Part shown: piece after piece, positions 9,479-21,576 of the stretch
Layout: the number at the start of each line of letters is the position of its first letter
Position numbering within the stretch: position 1 is the stretch's first letter
NCBI GenBank assembly: GCA_007695355.1
Contig: REDX01000164.1
Location: forward strand, 1 to 60,830
Origin: Planctomycetota bacterium
GTDB taxonomy: Bacteria; Planctomycetota; UBA11346
Direction: 5' to 3'
Length of the DNA stretch: 60,830 nt
Notes under the pieces: model-generated
Told to the model about the DNA's origin: nothing
The model's input: the letters and a program-made list of their open reading frames with translations, nothing else
The model's database searches: none
Program-made: the position numbers and the translations under genes

Positions 9479-10411
9479 CTACCGTCTCCGTGAGCGCCGC
9501 GCCCGGCGCTGCAGGTGACGGCTTATATCCATCACCACATCGCTGTCGCTGCGCAGGTCAAAAAGGTCGCATCCAGCGTGCACAAAAGCCGCTTCAACCG
9601 CTGCGCGCTGCTGCTGCCAAAGATCGGCATAGGCGCGGGCTGCCCGGCGACCGCCGGCGAATACCCGCTGCCCGGCGTATTCCGGATCCGCCAAATTCAA
9701 AGGACCGCCGCCGCTAGGCAGGGCCTCTTCGCTGGGGTCCACCACCCGTAATCCCAGCATTTGATGGCTGCGACCGGCATGGCCCAGCGCCGTCTCCAGG
9801 CCCAGCACCGGATCAAGAAAATCGCTGATCACCACCATACAGCCAGGCCGCTGCAGGGCGCGAGCGCTCTCCTGAACCAATTTCGCCAGATCGCCCTCGC
9901 CGTGGCGTTGGGGAGTAACCAGGATTTCACGCAAGATACGCAAGAGATGGTTGCGCCCACGGCGGCAAGGTACGTGCCGTAATTGGCCCTGACGTTCAAT
10001 GTTCAGACCTACCTTATCACCGTTCTGTAAGGCGATAAGTGCGACCACCGCTGCCGCCTCGGCTGCCGCCACCATTTTACTGCGGCTATCGTTTATTCCC
10101 CCGCAGCCCATACTTCCGGAAGCATCGACAATCAACATCACCGAGAGCTGTCGCTCTTCGCGGTACACTTTGACAAAGGGCCGGCCCGAGCGGGCGGTGA
10201 CATTCCAATCGATGTGCCGAATATCATCGCCGGCCTGATACTGTCGGACCTCGTCGAATTCCATACCCTGGCCGCGAAAGCGACTGCGGTATTGGCCACT
10301 CTGGCGATTGAGATGGCGGGCGCGCACGCCGAGGGCGAGACGCTTTACCCGGCCGAGCAGAGCAGCGAGCTCCTCGGGATCGTGTTCCGGGGCTTGCGCC
10401 TCAGGCCTCAC
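9479..10411 (-). CDS. DUF58 domain protein
   Basis: GQGMEFDEVRQYQAGDDIRHIDWNVTAR, DASGSM, ISDF. Confidence 0.93.
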   Translation of the reverse strand: MRPEAQAPEHDPEELAALLGRVKRLALGVRARHLNRQSGQYRSRFRGQGMEFDEVRQYQAGDDIRHIDWNVTARSGRPFVKVYREERQLSVMLIVDASGSMGCGGINDSRSKMVAAAEAAAVVALIALQNGDKVGLNIERQGQLRHVPCRRGRNHLLRILREILVTPQRHGEGDLAKLVQESARALQRPGCMVVISDFLDPVLGLETALGHAGRSHQMLGLRVVDPSEEALPSGGGPLNLADPEYAGQRVFAGGRRAARAYADLWQQQRAAVEAAFVHAGCDLFDLRSDSDVVMDISRHLQRRARRSRRR

Positions 10412-11433
10412 GGCACCGGCACCTGACGTAAAAGCTGGGCAATCACCGCATCGCTATCGAGATCCTCGGCCTCGGCCTCGAAGCTCAAAATCAGACGATG
10501 GCGCAGAATGTCTGGGGCCACCGCTTTGACATCCTGCGGGGTGACAAAGTGCTGGCCGGAAAGCATGGCGTGGGCGCGGGCCGCCTGGGCCAGACTCATC
10601 ACCGCCCGCGGCGATGCCCCAACTTGAATCAGCCGCGGCAATTCACCGGCCTCGGCAGAACGATCGCGGCTGCGCCGCACCAGGGCCAAACAATAGTCTT
10701 TGAGCCGATCATCGATGTGAACCCCATGCAGGGCGCTGCGCAAAAGGCCCAGGTCCTCCAATCTCAGCACCGGCTCGACCCAGGATTCCTGGGGCGAAAG
10801 GGAGCGATCGAGGACCTCGCGCTCTTCGGCAGCGGATGGGTAATCGACGCGCACCTTCATGAGAAAGCGGTCGGTCTGAGCTTCGGGCAGAGGATAGGTG
10901 CCCTCTTGCTCGATGGGGTTCTGGGTTGCCAATACCAGAAAGGGGCGGGGCAGGGGAAAGGTTTCATCACCAATGGTCACCTGGCGCTCCTGCATCGCCT
11001 CCAGCAGGGCCGACTGCACCTTGGCCGGAGCCCGGTTAATCTCATCGGCGAGCACCAGGTTGGCAAAAATCGGCCCGCGCTTGGCGGCAAATATACCGCC
11101 CTCGTAAATGCGGGTGCCGATAATATCGGCCGGCAGCAGATCTGGGGTAAACTGCACCCGAGCAAAACTGGCGTGCCAGCAGGCGGCGAGGGCCTTCACC
11201 ACCGTGGTCTTGGCGAGGCCCGGCAGGCCTTCGAGCAGACAGTGACCATCGCAGAGCAGGCAGATAATCAAGCGGCGCAGTAGCTCACGCTGCCCCACCA
11301 AGACCTTCGCCATCTCCGTTTCCAGGGTGGCAATCATCTGCGCCGCCTGGGCCGGCGAAAGGGAGGGAGAAGTGGCAGGAGAAGTGGCAGGAGAAGTGGC
11401 ACCGGAATCCGTGCCGTCAGCGGTTGTGGTCAT
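10408..11433 (-). CDS. moxR: MoxR family AAA+ ATPase
   Basis: GLPGLAKT, RVQFTPDLLPAD, DEINRAPAKVQSALLEAM, ATQNPIEQEGTYPLPEAQ; ATG 11433 with GGAGG RBS. Confidence 0.95.
   Translation of the reverse strand: MTTTADGTDSGATSPATSPATSPSLSPAQAAQMIATLETEMAKVLVGQRELLRRLIICLLCDGHCLLEGLPGLAKTTVVKALAACWHASFARVQFTPDLLPADIIGTRIYEGGIFAAKRGPIFANLVLADEINRAPAKVQSALLEAMQERQVTIGDETFPLPRPFLVLATQNPIEQEGTYPLPEAQTDRFLMKVRVDYPSAAEEREVLDRSLSPQESWVEPVLRLEDLGLLRSALHGVHIDDRLKDYCLALVRRSRDRSAEAGELPRLIQVGASPRAVMSLAQAARAHAMLSGQHFVTPQDVKAVAPDILRHRLILSFEAEAEDLDSDAVIAQLLRQVPVP
11366..11401. repeat. 3 x 12-bp in-frame tandem repeat (ATSP)3 in the MoxR N-terminus
   Basis: ggagaagtggca x3. Confidence 0.85.
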
Positions 11434-11656
11434 GCGCCCTCCAGATTGAGTACTGCAAATCAAGGCCTCAGCCTGCCCCAGGTCCCTGCCCTGACAACCG
11501 GCCGGCAAGAAGCGTGACGGTTCCGCACCTCACACCCCCAGCCCGGCTGCGTAGCCGGCGAGACCAGGCAGTGGGCAATAAAGGAACAGCCCCCCTTCCA
11601 TCTCCAGACGGAGTAAGGAAGGGAGGCTGTCAGCCCAAGCAACAGAATAGGAGCGA

Positions 11657-14314
11657 CTACCTGGTCAGATTCGCCAATTCTTCGAGGATGCGGTCGGTGG
11701 TTTGAATCACACGAGCCGATACCTGGAAGCCACGCTGGGAAGTAATCAACTTCGTGAATTCAGTGGCGATATCGACATTCGAACCTTCCAAGGCCGAGCC
11801 GGTTATAAAGCCGGCATTTTCACCGGGCACCCGGCGAATGGGATCACCGGAGGCGGTGGAGCGCTGCCAGAGATTGCCCTCGGCGCCGGTGAGGCCCTCA
11901 GGATTGCGGAAGGTGGTGAGCGGCAGCTGCACCAGCTTGCGGCTAATACCGTTGGTATAGAGGGCGATAATATCGCCTTCTGGAGTCACCGAGAGGCTAT
12001 CCAACTTACCATCACCATAACCATCCTGGCTCACCGCCGCAGCGGTACTGGCCGAGCCAAATCCGGTGAGGCCATTAAAGGTCCGACTCTGACCAAAATT
12101 CATGAACATGGTGGCCGGGGTGGTGGGACCGGTGGAATTCCAATTGACCTGGATGCTTTGATTGGACGGCCGGCCAACGTGGGTGAGCTCGGAGAGGGCG
12201 GTGCCGAAAATAGTGGCATTGACCCCCAGAAAGCGACCGCTCTGGTCAAACTCAATGCCGGTCACCAAATCATCGACCAGCTCACCGCGCTCCTGGTTCA
12301 CATTGACCACCATATCCCAGCTATTGATCTTGGCGCCGGAACCGGGCTCGGTACGGGTGCCGACGCGGAAGTAGCGGGCCTCCACCGTATGACGACCGCC
12401 TTGGGCATCGTAGACCTGAATCGAGGAACTGACAAATTCCGGAACCAGACGCGAACGATACCAATCAAAGGTGCCATTGGTTTCATTGAGGTACTGCCAG
12501 GCATGGGCATCGGTGCCGCCGCCTTCTTGGAACATATTGGGCACGCCATCGCCATTGGCATCGTTGGTGAGATTAATCCCGAAGGCATCGGGAATAATCA
12601 GGGTTTCCAATTCGATGGGATTGGCCATCGCCCCCGCGGAAATCACCGAATATTCAATGCGATCACCGGGGCCGACATGGGGGAAGCTGGGCAAGCGGAA
12701 GGCGCGTTCGTCTGCCGAAAGGCCGGTATAATCGCCGGCGGGAATAATAATATTGCCGCGCTCAGTCCCATTAATCCGCATCGAGATGCCGATCGGCTGA
12801 GTAATATTATCCGCGGGAACCGTAAAGCGGGGATCCACCAAACCGACATCGGCGGTATCGGCCACGGTCACCGGGCCATGGGTCACCGGCACATTGACCT
12901 GGGTCAGATTAATCGACTGATTAAGGCCGGGCCGGAGGGTGCGGATATTGAGGTCGTTATAAGGCGTTGCCGTATTATTGGTAATGCGATAGGCGAAATC
13001 GGTGCCCAGGCCCAATTGCGGCACCGAGGGCATGGAAAAATCGCGGCCGCTGGGATAGGTGCCACCGGGGATGGTAAAGCTGCCGCGCACGGTGCCGCCG
13101 GGCTGCTCCAGAATCTCCACCGTCATCTCGGGCACTGGGGTTGCCGAGGCGGGGACCGAAAACCGCGGATTAAAGAGGTCGACGTCGGCCTGGGTATTGA
13201 GGGTAAAGGTGGCGGTGGTGACGGAGCCATTGGCCGGCACATTGACGCCGGCCAAATGGGGATTGCCGGACAGGGCCGGCGAGGGTTCATTGGTGAAGGT
13301 GGTCTTAACTGGAATCGGATTATTGGTGGGTACCGCCGCCATATCCGATTCACCCTCGCCAAAGAATACCGAGAAGCCATCGCCAGAACCGATTGAGGTA
13401 ATCAGCAGATTACCATTTTCAATACGGGCATTGGCAAAGCGATCCGAGCCCTGGCTGAAAACATCGTTGAGCTGGCTCACCAATTCACCGACGGTGCCGC
13501 GATTCGATCCTGGGGTAATCGGCGCCCAAGGATTAATACTGAAGGTGCCTGCGTAAGCTTCGCCATCGGGCCGAGTGCCAAAGACATACATGGTAATAAT
13601 GTCATCTTCGGGGCTGCCGCCGGGCTGGGTTGAGGGCGGAACCGCATCGCCATTAAAAAGATTGAGGTTGAGAAGGCCGGTTTCCTCAGTGGCAGTTTGA
13701 TTGGTGAGGGTATCGCGCAGGGGAAAGATGGAGGTCAGATTGGTACCGCGCAGGGCCGGGGTATTGGAATTGAGGTTGCCCTGGAATTCAATCTCGGAGG
13801 TACGGCGGGGAGGGAAGGCGTCATCGACCGGCACCTCCAAGGGCTCGGCAGTGGAGGCCAGGCTCTGATTGCCCTGGTTATCCACATCCAAATTGTAGCG
13901 ATTACCGATGAGGCGATAACCGGTAGAAAGGTGGACCAAATTATTGGCTTCATCCAGGCCGAAATTACCAACCCGAGTATAGAAAGAGCGGGTGCCATCG
14001 GTGACTTCGAAGAAGCCTGCGCCCTGGATGGCCAAGTCTAGGGTACGGCCGGTGGCCTGCAGGGCACCCTGGCTCATATCCACCTCAATCGAGGCGCCGT
14101 CCACACCCAAGCCCACCTGCCGTGGGTTTTGACCACCAACATTATTACCGGCCGCTGCGCCGGCAAAGGTGGTTTGGATCAGGCTGGTAGCAAAGGTAAC
14201 ACGACTACCTTTAAAGCCCGGGGTATTGACATTGGCCAGGTTGTTGGAGGTCACATCCAGCGCCAGCTGGTTGGTGAGCATTCCGGTTACACCGCTGGAG
14301 AGAGCGCGTTGCAT
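11657..14314 (-). CDS. flgE: Flagellar hook protein FlgE, unusually long (885 aa)
   Basis: SNNLANVNTPGFK, DLAIQGAGFF, YTRVGNF, QDGYGDG, LEGSNVDIATEFTKLITSQRGFQ; ATG 14314 with AAGGA RBS. Confidence 0.92.
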   Translation of the reverse strand: MQRALSSGVTGMLTNQLALDVTSNNLANVNTPGFKGSRVTFATSLIQTTFAGAAAGNNVGGQNPRQVGLGVDGASIEVDMSQGALQATGRTLDLAIQGAGFFEVTDGTRSFYTRVGNFGLDEANNLVHLSTGYRLIGNRYNLDVDNQGNQSLASTAEPLEVPVDDAFPPRRTSEIEFQGNLNSNTPALRGTNLTSIFPLRDTLTNQTATEETGLLNLNLFNGDAVPPSTQPGGSPEDDIITMYVFGTRPDGEAYAGTFSINPWAPITPGSNRGTVGELVSQLNDVFSQGSDRFANARIENGNLLITSIGSGDGFSVFFGEGESDMAAVPTNNPIPVKTTFTNEPSPALSGNPHLAGVNVPANGSVTTATFTLNTQADVDLFNPRFSVPASATPVPEMTVEILEQPGGTVRGSFTIPGGTYPSGRDFSMPSVPQLGLGTDFAYRITNNTATPYNDLNIRTLRPGLNQSINLTQVNVPVTHGPVTVADTADVGLVDPRFTVPADNITQPIGISMRINGTERGNIIIPAGDYTGLSADERAFRLPSFPHVGPGDRIEYSVISAGAMANPIELETLIIPDAFGINLTNDANGDGVPNMFQEGGGTDAHAWQYLNETNGTFDWYRSRLVPEFVSSSIQVYDAQGGRHTVEARYFRVGTRTEPGSGAKINSWDMVVNVNQERGELVDDLVTGIEFDQSGRFLGVNATIFGTALSELTHVGRPSNQSIQVNWNSTGPTTPATMFMNFGQSRTFNGLTGFGSASTAAAVSQDGYGDGKLDSLSVTPEGDIIALYTNGISRKLVQLPLTTFRNPEGLTGAEGNLWQRSTASGDPIRRVPGENAGFITGSALEGSNVDIATEFTKLITSQRGFQVSARVIQTTDRILEELANLTR

Positions 14315-14520
14315 GGCTGTTTCCTTTCCCACCGCAATGGGGAGCGAGCGTTGTGCCCGCGTGCTGGAAAGGATGACGCAACCGCCGTGCCGAAACTCCC
14401 ACCGGGCCTCAGAAGGCCCCAGAGCCCTCCGGGGCAAGCCGGTGCCAAGGGCTAGCCGGTGGCCGAGAAGGCAATTCAACCACCTGTAAGTAATAGCTTT
14501 AAGTGAAAACAGCCGCCGTA

Positions 14521-14684
14521 TCGTGGTCTGAGTCAAGCAGAGTGCAACATATCCGCAGCCCCGGAATGCTGGATTCAAGGCGGGATGACGACGGTGTGGC
14601 AACGCCACCTCGAGGAAATCCCTACGCAGAAGACGGCGTTGTGCGGCTAGGATAGGATGCCGGATTTCTGGCTCAGACCACTAG
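14521..14684. mobile_element. 164-bp MITE-like repeat, copy 1
   Basis: Terminal inverted repeats gtggtctgag/ctcagaccac; near-identical copy at 36528-36691. Confidence 0.8.
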
Positions 14685-14692
14685 TGACAGGT

Positions 14693-15043
14693 CTAGAGGG
14701 CAATCAATCCCAGCAGCAGGCATGCGATAAGGGCCATGCTGGTGGCCGCATATTTGTAGACGATCCACTGCTTAACCCCGGCGCGGCTGCCGTGCTGGGC
14801 GATGAGATCGGCGGCCACCGGGCCGCCACGCTGGAGATTCAGCTGGGTTTCCCGGGCCAAGGCCCCCTTAAAGCAGGCGAAGGCAAAGAGAAAGGGGAGC
14901 ATGACCATCGCCATGCTGGAGGGGCTACTCATGCCTTCTGAGCCCAGCATCTGCCACAAGAGGCTGGCCAGGGCAAGCAGGCCTGCCGCCACGGCCAAGC
15001 GCTGGAGAAGTTTGGGCAGGGGATGGGAAAAGGCGACCAGCAT
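14693..15043 (-). CDS. Hypothetical membrane protein (116 aa, 3 TM)
   Basis: ATG 15043 right after the grpE stop; hydrophobic segments. Confidence 0.6.
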   Translation of the reverse strand: MLVAFSHPLPKLLQRLAVAAGLLALASLLWQMLGSEGMSSPSSMAMVMLPFLFAFACFKGALARETQLNLQRGGPVAADLIAQHGSRAGVKQWIVYKYAATSMALIACLLLGLIAL

Positions 15044-15050
15044 GAAAAGC

Positions 15051-15740
15051 TTACGCCGTCTCGTCGATATCGTTGGTGGTATCCACGGGGGCATCTTTTT
15101 CCGCATCCTGTCCCGCCGATACCACCACTTGGGCGGCCCGTACCAGTTGCTCACCCAATTTAAAGCCGGCCCGCTGCACCGCGACAATATGGCCCTTGGG
15201 CAGATCGCTGGGGATTTCCGCCACCACCTCGTGGTGCGCCGGATTAAAGGGGCCTTGGCTCTCGATGGGGGCAATGCCTCCTTCATTGAGGGCACTCAGG
15301 AGGCCATCGCGAATCATTGTCACGCCCATGGCGAAATCCATAAAGGCATCGGGATTGGCGGCCTCCAAGGCATGACCAAAATTATCCATCTGCAGCAGTA
15401 ATGGCCGCGCAAAGCGGGCAATGGCGCGATTACCAGCCTCTGCCGCTTCGCGGCGCAGGCGCTTACGAATATTATCAAAGTCCGCGCGCTCGCGCAGCAG
15501 TTGTTCTTTAAGCCCTTGATTTTCCTGCCGCAAGAGGGCAAAGGCGTCGAGAGGAGCCTCGGCTTCTGCGCCCTGCTCTTCGTTTGCTGCCATACTTTCA
15601 GCCAGTTGCTCTGCCAATTCATCATGCTGATCGTCGTCGATCTCAGCGGCCGCCTCCTCGTGGTTATCGGCGGCATGAATTGGCTCATGCTCGTGCTGAT
15701 CATCGGTGGCGGAGTTGGGATTCGATGCGTCGTGGGTCAC
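15051..15740 (-). CDS. grpE: Nucleotide exchange factor GrpE
   Basis: LRERADFDNIRKR, FNPAHHEVV, RAAQVVV; GTG 15740 has an RBS (alternative TTG 15758). Confidence 0.93.
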   Translation of the reverse strand: MTHDASNPNSATDDQHEHEPIHAADNHEEAAAEIDDDQHDELAEQLAESMAANEEQGAEAEAPLDAFALLRQENQGLKEQLLRERADFDNIRKRLRREAAEAGNRAIARFARPLLLQMDNFGHALEAANPDAFMDFAMGVTMIRDGLLSALNEGGIAPIESQGPFNPAHHEVVAEIPSDLPKGHIVAVQRAGFKLGEQLVRAAQVVVSAGQDAEKDAPVDTTNDIDETA

Positions 15741-15817
15741 TGCAGGTCCTTTAGTCAATTATGATTCATTCAGGGTCACTCAATGGGAAGCCGGGGATCT
15801 ATGCCACCCCGGAATAT

Positions 15818-16948
15818 CTATTCAAAGAGGCTTTTGAGCTTATCGAAAAAACCGCGATTCGCCTCTTCGATGGAGGTGGCTTCAAGATCCGCTAACTCCC
15901 GCAGCAACTCACCATGGCGGCCAGCGGGCTTCTTCGGTACATGCACATTCACCACCACCAGTTGATCACCACGGCGGCCATAGCCATTGGGCACGCCCTG
16001 CCCGCGCATACGCAAGATCTCGCCGGGCTGGGTGCCGGGGGGGATCTTCAGCTTGGCTTTGCCTTCAAGGGTGGGCACTTCGATATCGGCGCCCAAACTC
16101 GCCTGAGCATAGCCCACCGGCACCCGGCAGACCACGTCATCGCCATGACGCTCGAAAATATCGTCGGCCTTTATCGAGATATAGACGTAGAGATCACCCC
16201 GTGGCCCGCCCTCGCGGGAAGGTTCACCCTCACCGGAAACCCGCAGCCGCGAGCCATCCTCAATGCCGGCCGGGATCGGCACCTTAATTTGCACCTTACG
16301 GCTAATCAGACCCTCGCCATGGCAGCTCTCGCAGGGGTCGGTGATAATCGTTCCCCGACCATGGCAGGTGGGGCAGGTGGTTTGCACGACAAAGAAACCT
16401 CGGCCTTGGCGAACTTGGCCGACACCGCCGCAGGTTTGGCAGGTGGTAGGTTTAGTGCCCGGCTTGGCGCCGCTGCCATGGCAGGTATCGCAGACCTCAT
16501 GGCGGCGCAGATCGATGGTTTTGGTGACCCCAAAGACGGCCTCACGGAAAGTGAGCTCAATGCCAATCTTGAGGCTGGCACCGGCCGCCGGCCCTGATCT
16601 GCCGCCACCACCGCCACCGAAGAAGGATTCGAAAATCGAGCCACCACCACCGCCAAAAATATCACCAAAGGATTGGAAAATATCCTCCATCGATGAGAAA
16701 CCGCGACCTGCGTGCCCCATGCCATCAACACCAGAATGGCCGTATTGGTCGTAACGCTGACGCTTGGCGTCATCGCTCAATACTTCGTAGGCCTCTGCGG
16801 CTTGCTTAAACTTGGTCTCGGCCTCTTTATCGCCGGGATTGCGGTCTGGATGGTATTGCATCGCCAGCTTGCGATAGGAGCGCTTAATCTCATCGGCGCT
16901 GGCCTCGCGACTGACTCCCAATACTTCGTAGTAATCCCGTTTCGACAT
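15818..16948 (-). CDS. dnaJ: Chaperone DnaJ
   Basis: [12 protein letters not shown] motif, G/F region, four CxxCxGxG motifs. Confidence 0.97.
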   Translation of the reverse strand: MSKRDYYEVLGVSREASADEIKRSYRKLAMQYHPDRNPGDKEAETKFKQAAEAYEVLSDDAKRQRYDQYGHSGVDGMGHAGRGFSSMEDIFQSFGDIFGGGGGSIFESFFGGGGGGRSGPAAGASLKIGIELTFREAVFGVTKTIDLRRHEVCDTCHGSGAKPGTKPTTCQTCGGVGQVRQGRGFFVVQTTCPTCHGRGTIITDPCESCHGEGLISRKVQIKVPIPAGIEDGSRLRVSGEGEPSREGGPRGDLYVYISIKADDIFERHGDDVVCRVPVGYAQASLGADIEVPTLEGKAKLKIPPGTQPGEILRMRGQGVPNGYGRRGDQLVVVNVHVPKKPAGRHGELLRELADLEATSIEEANRGFFDKLKSLFE

Positions 16949-17144
16949 AATCGCATGTGCTCCTGAAAGGGCCATCCCGCCCGTCACTGATCGGCAAGCA
17001 GGGACCATCGGTGGTCGATCCGACGGGTTTCGCCGGTCGTTTTGACCCAGAAACGCCAGAGTTTAGGGCATGTATGGGAATGACCAGCAATCATCAAGCC
17101 ATGAATTCAGGGCGCCTCAAAGCTTGTCTCCGGGAGCGCCGATC

Positions 17145-17255
17145 CAATGGCGGGAAGCTAAGGCCAACCTGGGACTGGCGCACTCCAGTGCGCCAGGGAA
17201 AACAGCACCCGCGCAGCGGGTTTCCCCTGTTTTTGGCCTTAGCTTCCCGCCATTG
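17145..17255. repeat. 111-bp palindromic element with perfect 23-bp terminal inverted repeats
   Basis: caatggcgggaagctaaggccaa (17145-17167) and its reverse complement (17233-17255); internal hairpin ctggcgcac-tcca-gtgcgccag. Confidence 0.85.
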
Positions 17256-17314
17256 ATCGCCGAGTCATGATTTTAGGCAGACACTGGGGAAGGCGCCGTC
17301 ACGGGCGTTGCCGT

Positions 17315-17920
17315 TCAGGGATCCGTTGCGGCATCGCCATCGGCTGCCGATTCGCCCTCAATCTCTAAGCCAGGGCCGAGGGCTTCCTCGTCCGGCACAA
17401 GCACCGGCGCCTCGGTGACTTCTGCAAGGTCAGCCGACGGCGCTTCCGGCGCCCCATCAGCCTCCTCGGCGGCGACTTCTTCACGCTGTGGCTGGAGGTA
17501 TTCGTGATTCAGCAGGCGCCTAGCCAGTTGCAGGCGGGCCTGTTCGGCCTGCCGTAAACGGGGCTGCAGCAGCGGGTGCAGTTCCTCATCAATCTCGGCG
17601 AGAATGGTTCCGGCCTCAACAAAGACCTTGCCGGCTTCGGCCGGGGATTCCCGATCGAGCCAGGCCCGGGCTTCAAGCAGCGCGACCTCTACCGCCTGCA
17701 GTTGGGAACGGGCCCGACTCAGGCGCTCGCGCTTGGCGGCATCAAGATCCCGTTCTGCCTCCACATCGGCGGCCAGGGCGCGCAGCAATTCAGCAGCCCG
17801 CTGCTCTTCCTCGGGAGTCAATTCCTGAGTAAAGCCAAGGGGACTCAAGCTGAAGGCAAGGGAGAGGACAAGACCAAGGGCGCCGCCTACTCGGCAAACT
17901 GCAAGAAAACGATGGTTCAT
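17315..17920 (-). CDS. Hypothetical exported coiled-coil protein
   Basis: Signal peptide-like N-terminus, helical E/A/R-rich body; ATGA-coupled to hisF. Confidence 0.7.
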   Translation of the reverse strand: MNHRFLAVCRVGGALGLVLSLAFSLSPLGFTQELTPEEEQRAAELLRALAADVEAERDLDAAKRERLSRARSQLQAVEVALLEARAWLDRESPAEAGKVFVEAGTILAEIDEELHPLLQPRLRQAEQARLQLARRLLNHEYLQPQREEVAAEEADGAPEAPSADLAEVTEAPVLVPDEEALGPGLEIEGESAADGDAATDP

Positions 17921-18690
17921 CGCACAGCCACTCCCTGGGATCGCATGGCATCCTTAATCGCCCCCACGGTATAGGCGCCAGAGTGAACCATGCTCGCCAC
18001 GAGGGCGGCATCGGCGCCACCAGTGGTAACCGCATCCACCAGGTGCTCTGGCTTGCCGCCGCCACCGGAGGCAATTACCGGAATACCCACCGCATCGGCG
18101 ACGCGGCGGGTAATGGTCAGTTCATAGCCTTCTTTAACCCCGTCGGTGTCGATGGCATTGAGACAGATCTCACCGGCGCCCAGGGCCTCAGCCTCGCGCA
18201 CCCAGGCCACCACATCGCGACCGGTAGCGGTGCGGCCACCATCGATCCAAACCTCATAGCCACTAGGAAACTGGCTGCTTTCACCCACCTGCTTGGCGTC
18301 CACGCCCAGTACCACGCACTGGGCGCCAAAGGCCCGAGCCCCCTCGCGAATCAGCTCAGGGTCGCGCACTGCCGGGGAATTAAGACTCACCTTCTCTGCC
18401 CCCGCCAACAATACCGTCCGCATCTGTTCTACCGAACGAATGCCGCCACCCACCGAAAAGGGGATGAAAATTTCCGCCGCCACCCGAGACACCACGTCGA
18501 TAAAGAGATCGCGCTTTTCGGCGGAAGCTGTAATGTCGTAAAACACTAATTCATCGACGCCCTGCTGATAATAGCTGCGGGCGAAGTCAACCGGGTCACC
18601 AAGATCTACATTGCCTTGGAAACGCACGCCTTTGGTGACTTGGCCAGAGCGCACATCTAGGCACACAATGACGCGCTTGGTGAGAGCCAT
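17917..18690 (-). CDS. hisF: Imidazole glycerol phosphate synthase cyclase subunit
   Basis: [33 protein letters not shown]. Confidence 0.96.
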   Translation of the reverse strand: MALTKRVIVCLDVRSGQVTKGVRFQGNVDLGDPVDFARSYYQQGVDELVFYDITASAEKRDLFIDVVSRVAAEIFIPFSVGGGIRSVEQMRTVLLAGAEKVSLNSPAVRDPELIREGARAFGAQCVVLGVDAKQVGESSQFPSGYEVWIDGGRTATGRDVVAWVREAEALGAGEICLNAIDTDGVKEGYELTITRRVADAVGIPVIASGGGGKPEHLVDAVTTGGADAALVASMVHSGAYTVGAIKDAMRSQGVAVR

Positions 18691-18697
18691 CGCTCCC

Positions 18698-19417
18698 TCA
18701 GCTTTCGTCGCCGACGGCTTCGGTAAGGTAGAGAATGCCGTTGGTCATGGGATCAGTAACCAACTGCCCATTACGGATGCGCTCGCAGTCATTATGGGAG
18801 ATGATCTGCCCCAGGGGGGTGGCCCGTGTCAGGGGGTGAATCGGGATGAGGGGGTGCTTATGCCGGGCCTCAATCAAGCGCTCGTAAACCTCTAGGAACT
18901 TGGCATCACAATTGCGCCGTTTCTCTTGGTAGATGCGCTCAAGCTCTTCGGCTGAAGTTGCCGCATCCGCCGGCTCTTCCAAACCGGCCATAAAGTTGTC
19001 GTATTTGCCTTGAATTTCATCCAGCTTAGCCTGCGCCGCCGCGGCTTGGGCCTGCAGCGCTTCGACTTGGGACCCGAGGCTGGTTAAACTTTCTTGGCGC
19101 AGCTTTTTTTCTGCCTTGGCGTGCTCGACGCCATTGATGCATTCCAAATACTCTTTATTTGTCTTGGCTTCCATCTGTTTGCCGCGCAACTCCTGAATCT
19201 GCGCATCACAGCGTTCGACATCGGCGGTATACTGGCGAATCAAGGCGCCCTGATCGTCAACCTTCTTGGCTGCAGCTTGTTGGAGGCGCTGGAATTTGGC
19301 CAGCGCTGCTTCGGCCTGCTGGCGCTTGCTGTCCCGCCCTTCGCGGGTGGATCGCAGGCGTTGGCGCTGTTCGTTGACCTGATGAAGGTCCAGCAGTTGG
19401 GCGATGGCAGGATGCAT
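18698..19417 (-). CDS. CT398/HP0958-like coiled-coil protein with degenerate (Cys-less) zinc-ribbon region
   Basis: LLDL.QV N-terminus, long coiled coil with KTNKEY hairpin, L..YERL, C-terminal GILY. Confidence 0.72.
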   Translation of the reverse strand: MHPAIAQLLDLHQVNEQRQRLRSTREGRDSKRQQAEAALAKFQRLQQAAAKKVDDQGALIRQYTADVERCDAQIQELRGKQMEAKTNKEYLECINGVEHAKAEKKLRQESLTSLGSQVEALQAQAAAAQAKLDEIQGKYDNFMAGLEEPADAATSAEELERIYQEKRRNCDAKFLEVYERLIEARHKHPLIPIHPLTRATPLGQIISHNDCERIRNGQLVTDPMTNGILYLTEAVGDES

Positions 19418-19644
19418 GTGGTATTCTCCGTGGGCTCGGCACCGGGTAACGGCGCCACCCCCGGGCATGACCGCAGCGAGCAGATGGAGCCATCCGGGGG
19501 CAGGGCCACATGGTGTAAGCGGTGGCCGAGTCAGCAAGGGTCTGTTTCCCCTTTGCCACTCAGGCGACGGTGGGCCGTACACCGCCGCCAGACCCTTCGG
19601 GGACCGGGGATGGTCTTTTCAGCATTTCCCCTAGTCTTAAGGCA

Positions 19645-21570
<1,926 letters not shown>

Positions 21571-21576
21571 GCGATT

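Noticed and set aside
11702-13396. 564-aa plus-strand ORF antisense to flgE, and similar long antisense ORFs such as 32441-33388
   Set aside because: Shadow frames of high-GC genes with no recognisable motifs
14434-14448. Sigma54 promoter upstream of flgE (minus strand TTGGCACCGGCTTGC)
   Set aside because: GG-to-GC spacing is 9 nt rather than the required 10
15759-17314. CIRCE/HrcA operator near dnaJ-grpE
   Set aside because: No TTAGCACTC-N9-GAGTGCTAA match seen
19418-19644. RNase P RNA or other ncRNA beside the CT398-like gene
   Set aside because: No GAGGAAAGTCC signature; only one short inverted repeat (aagggtctg/cagaccctt), insufficient for a call
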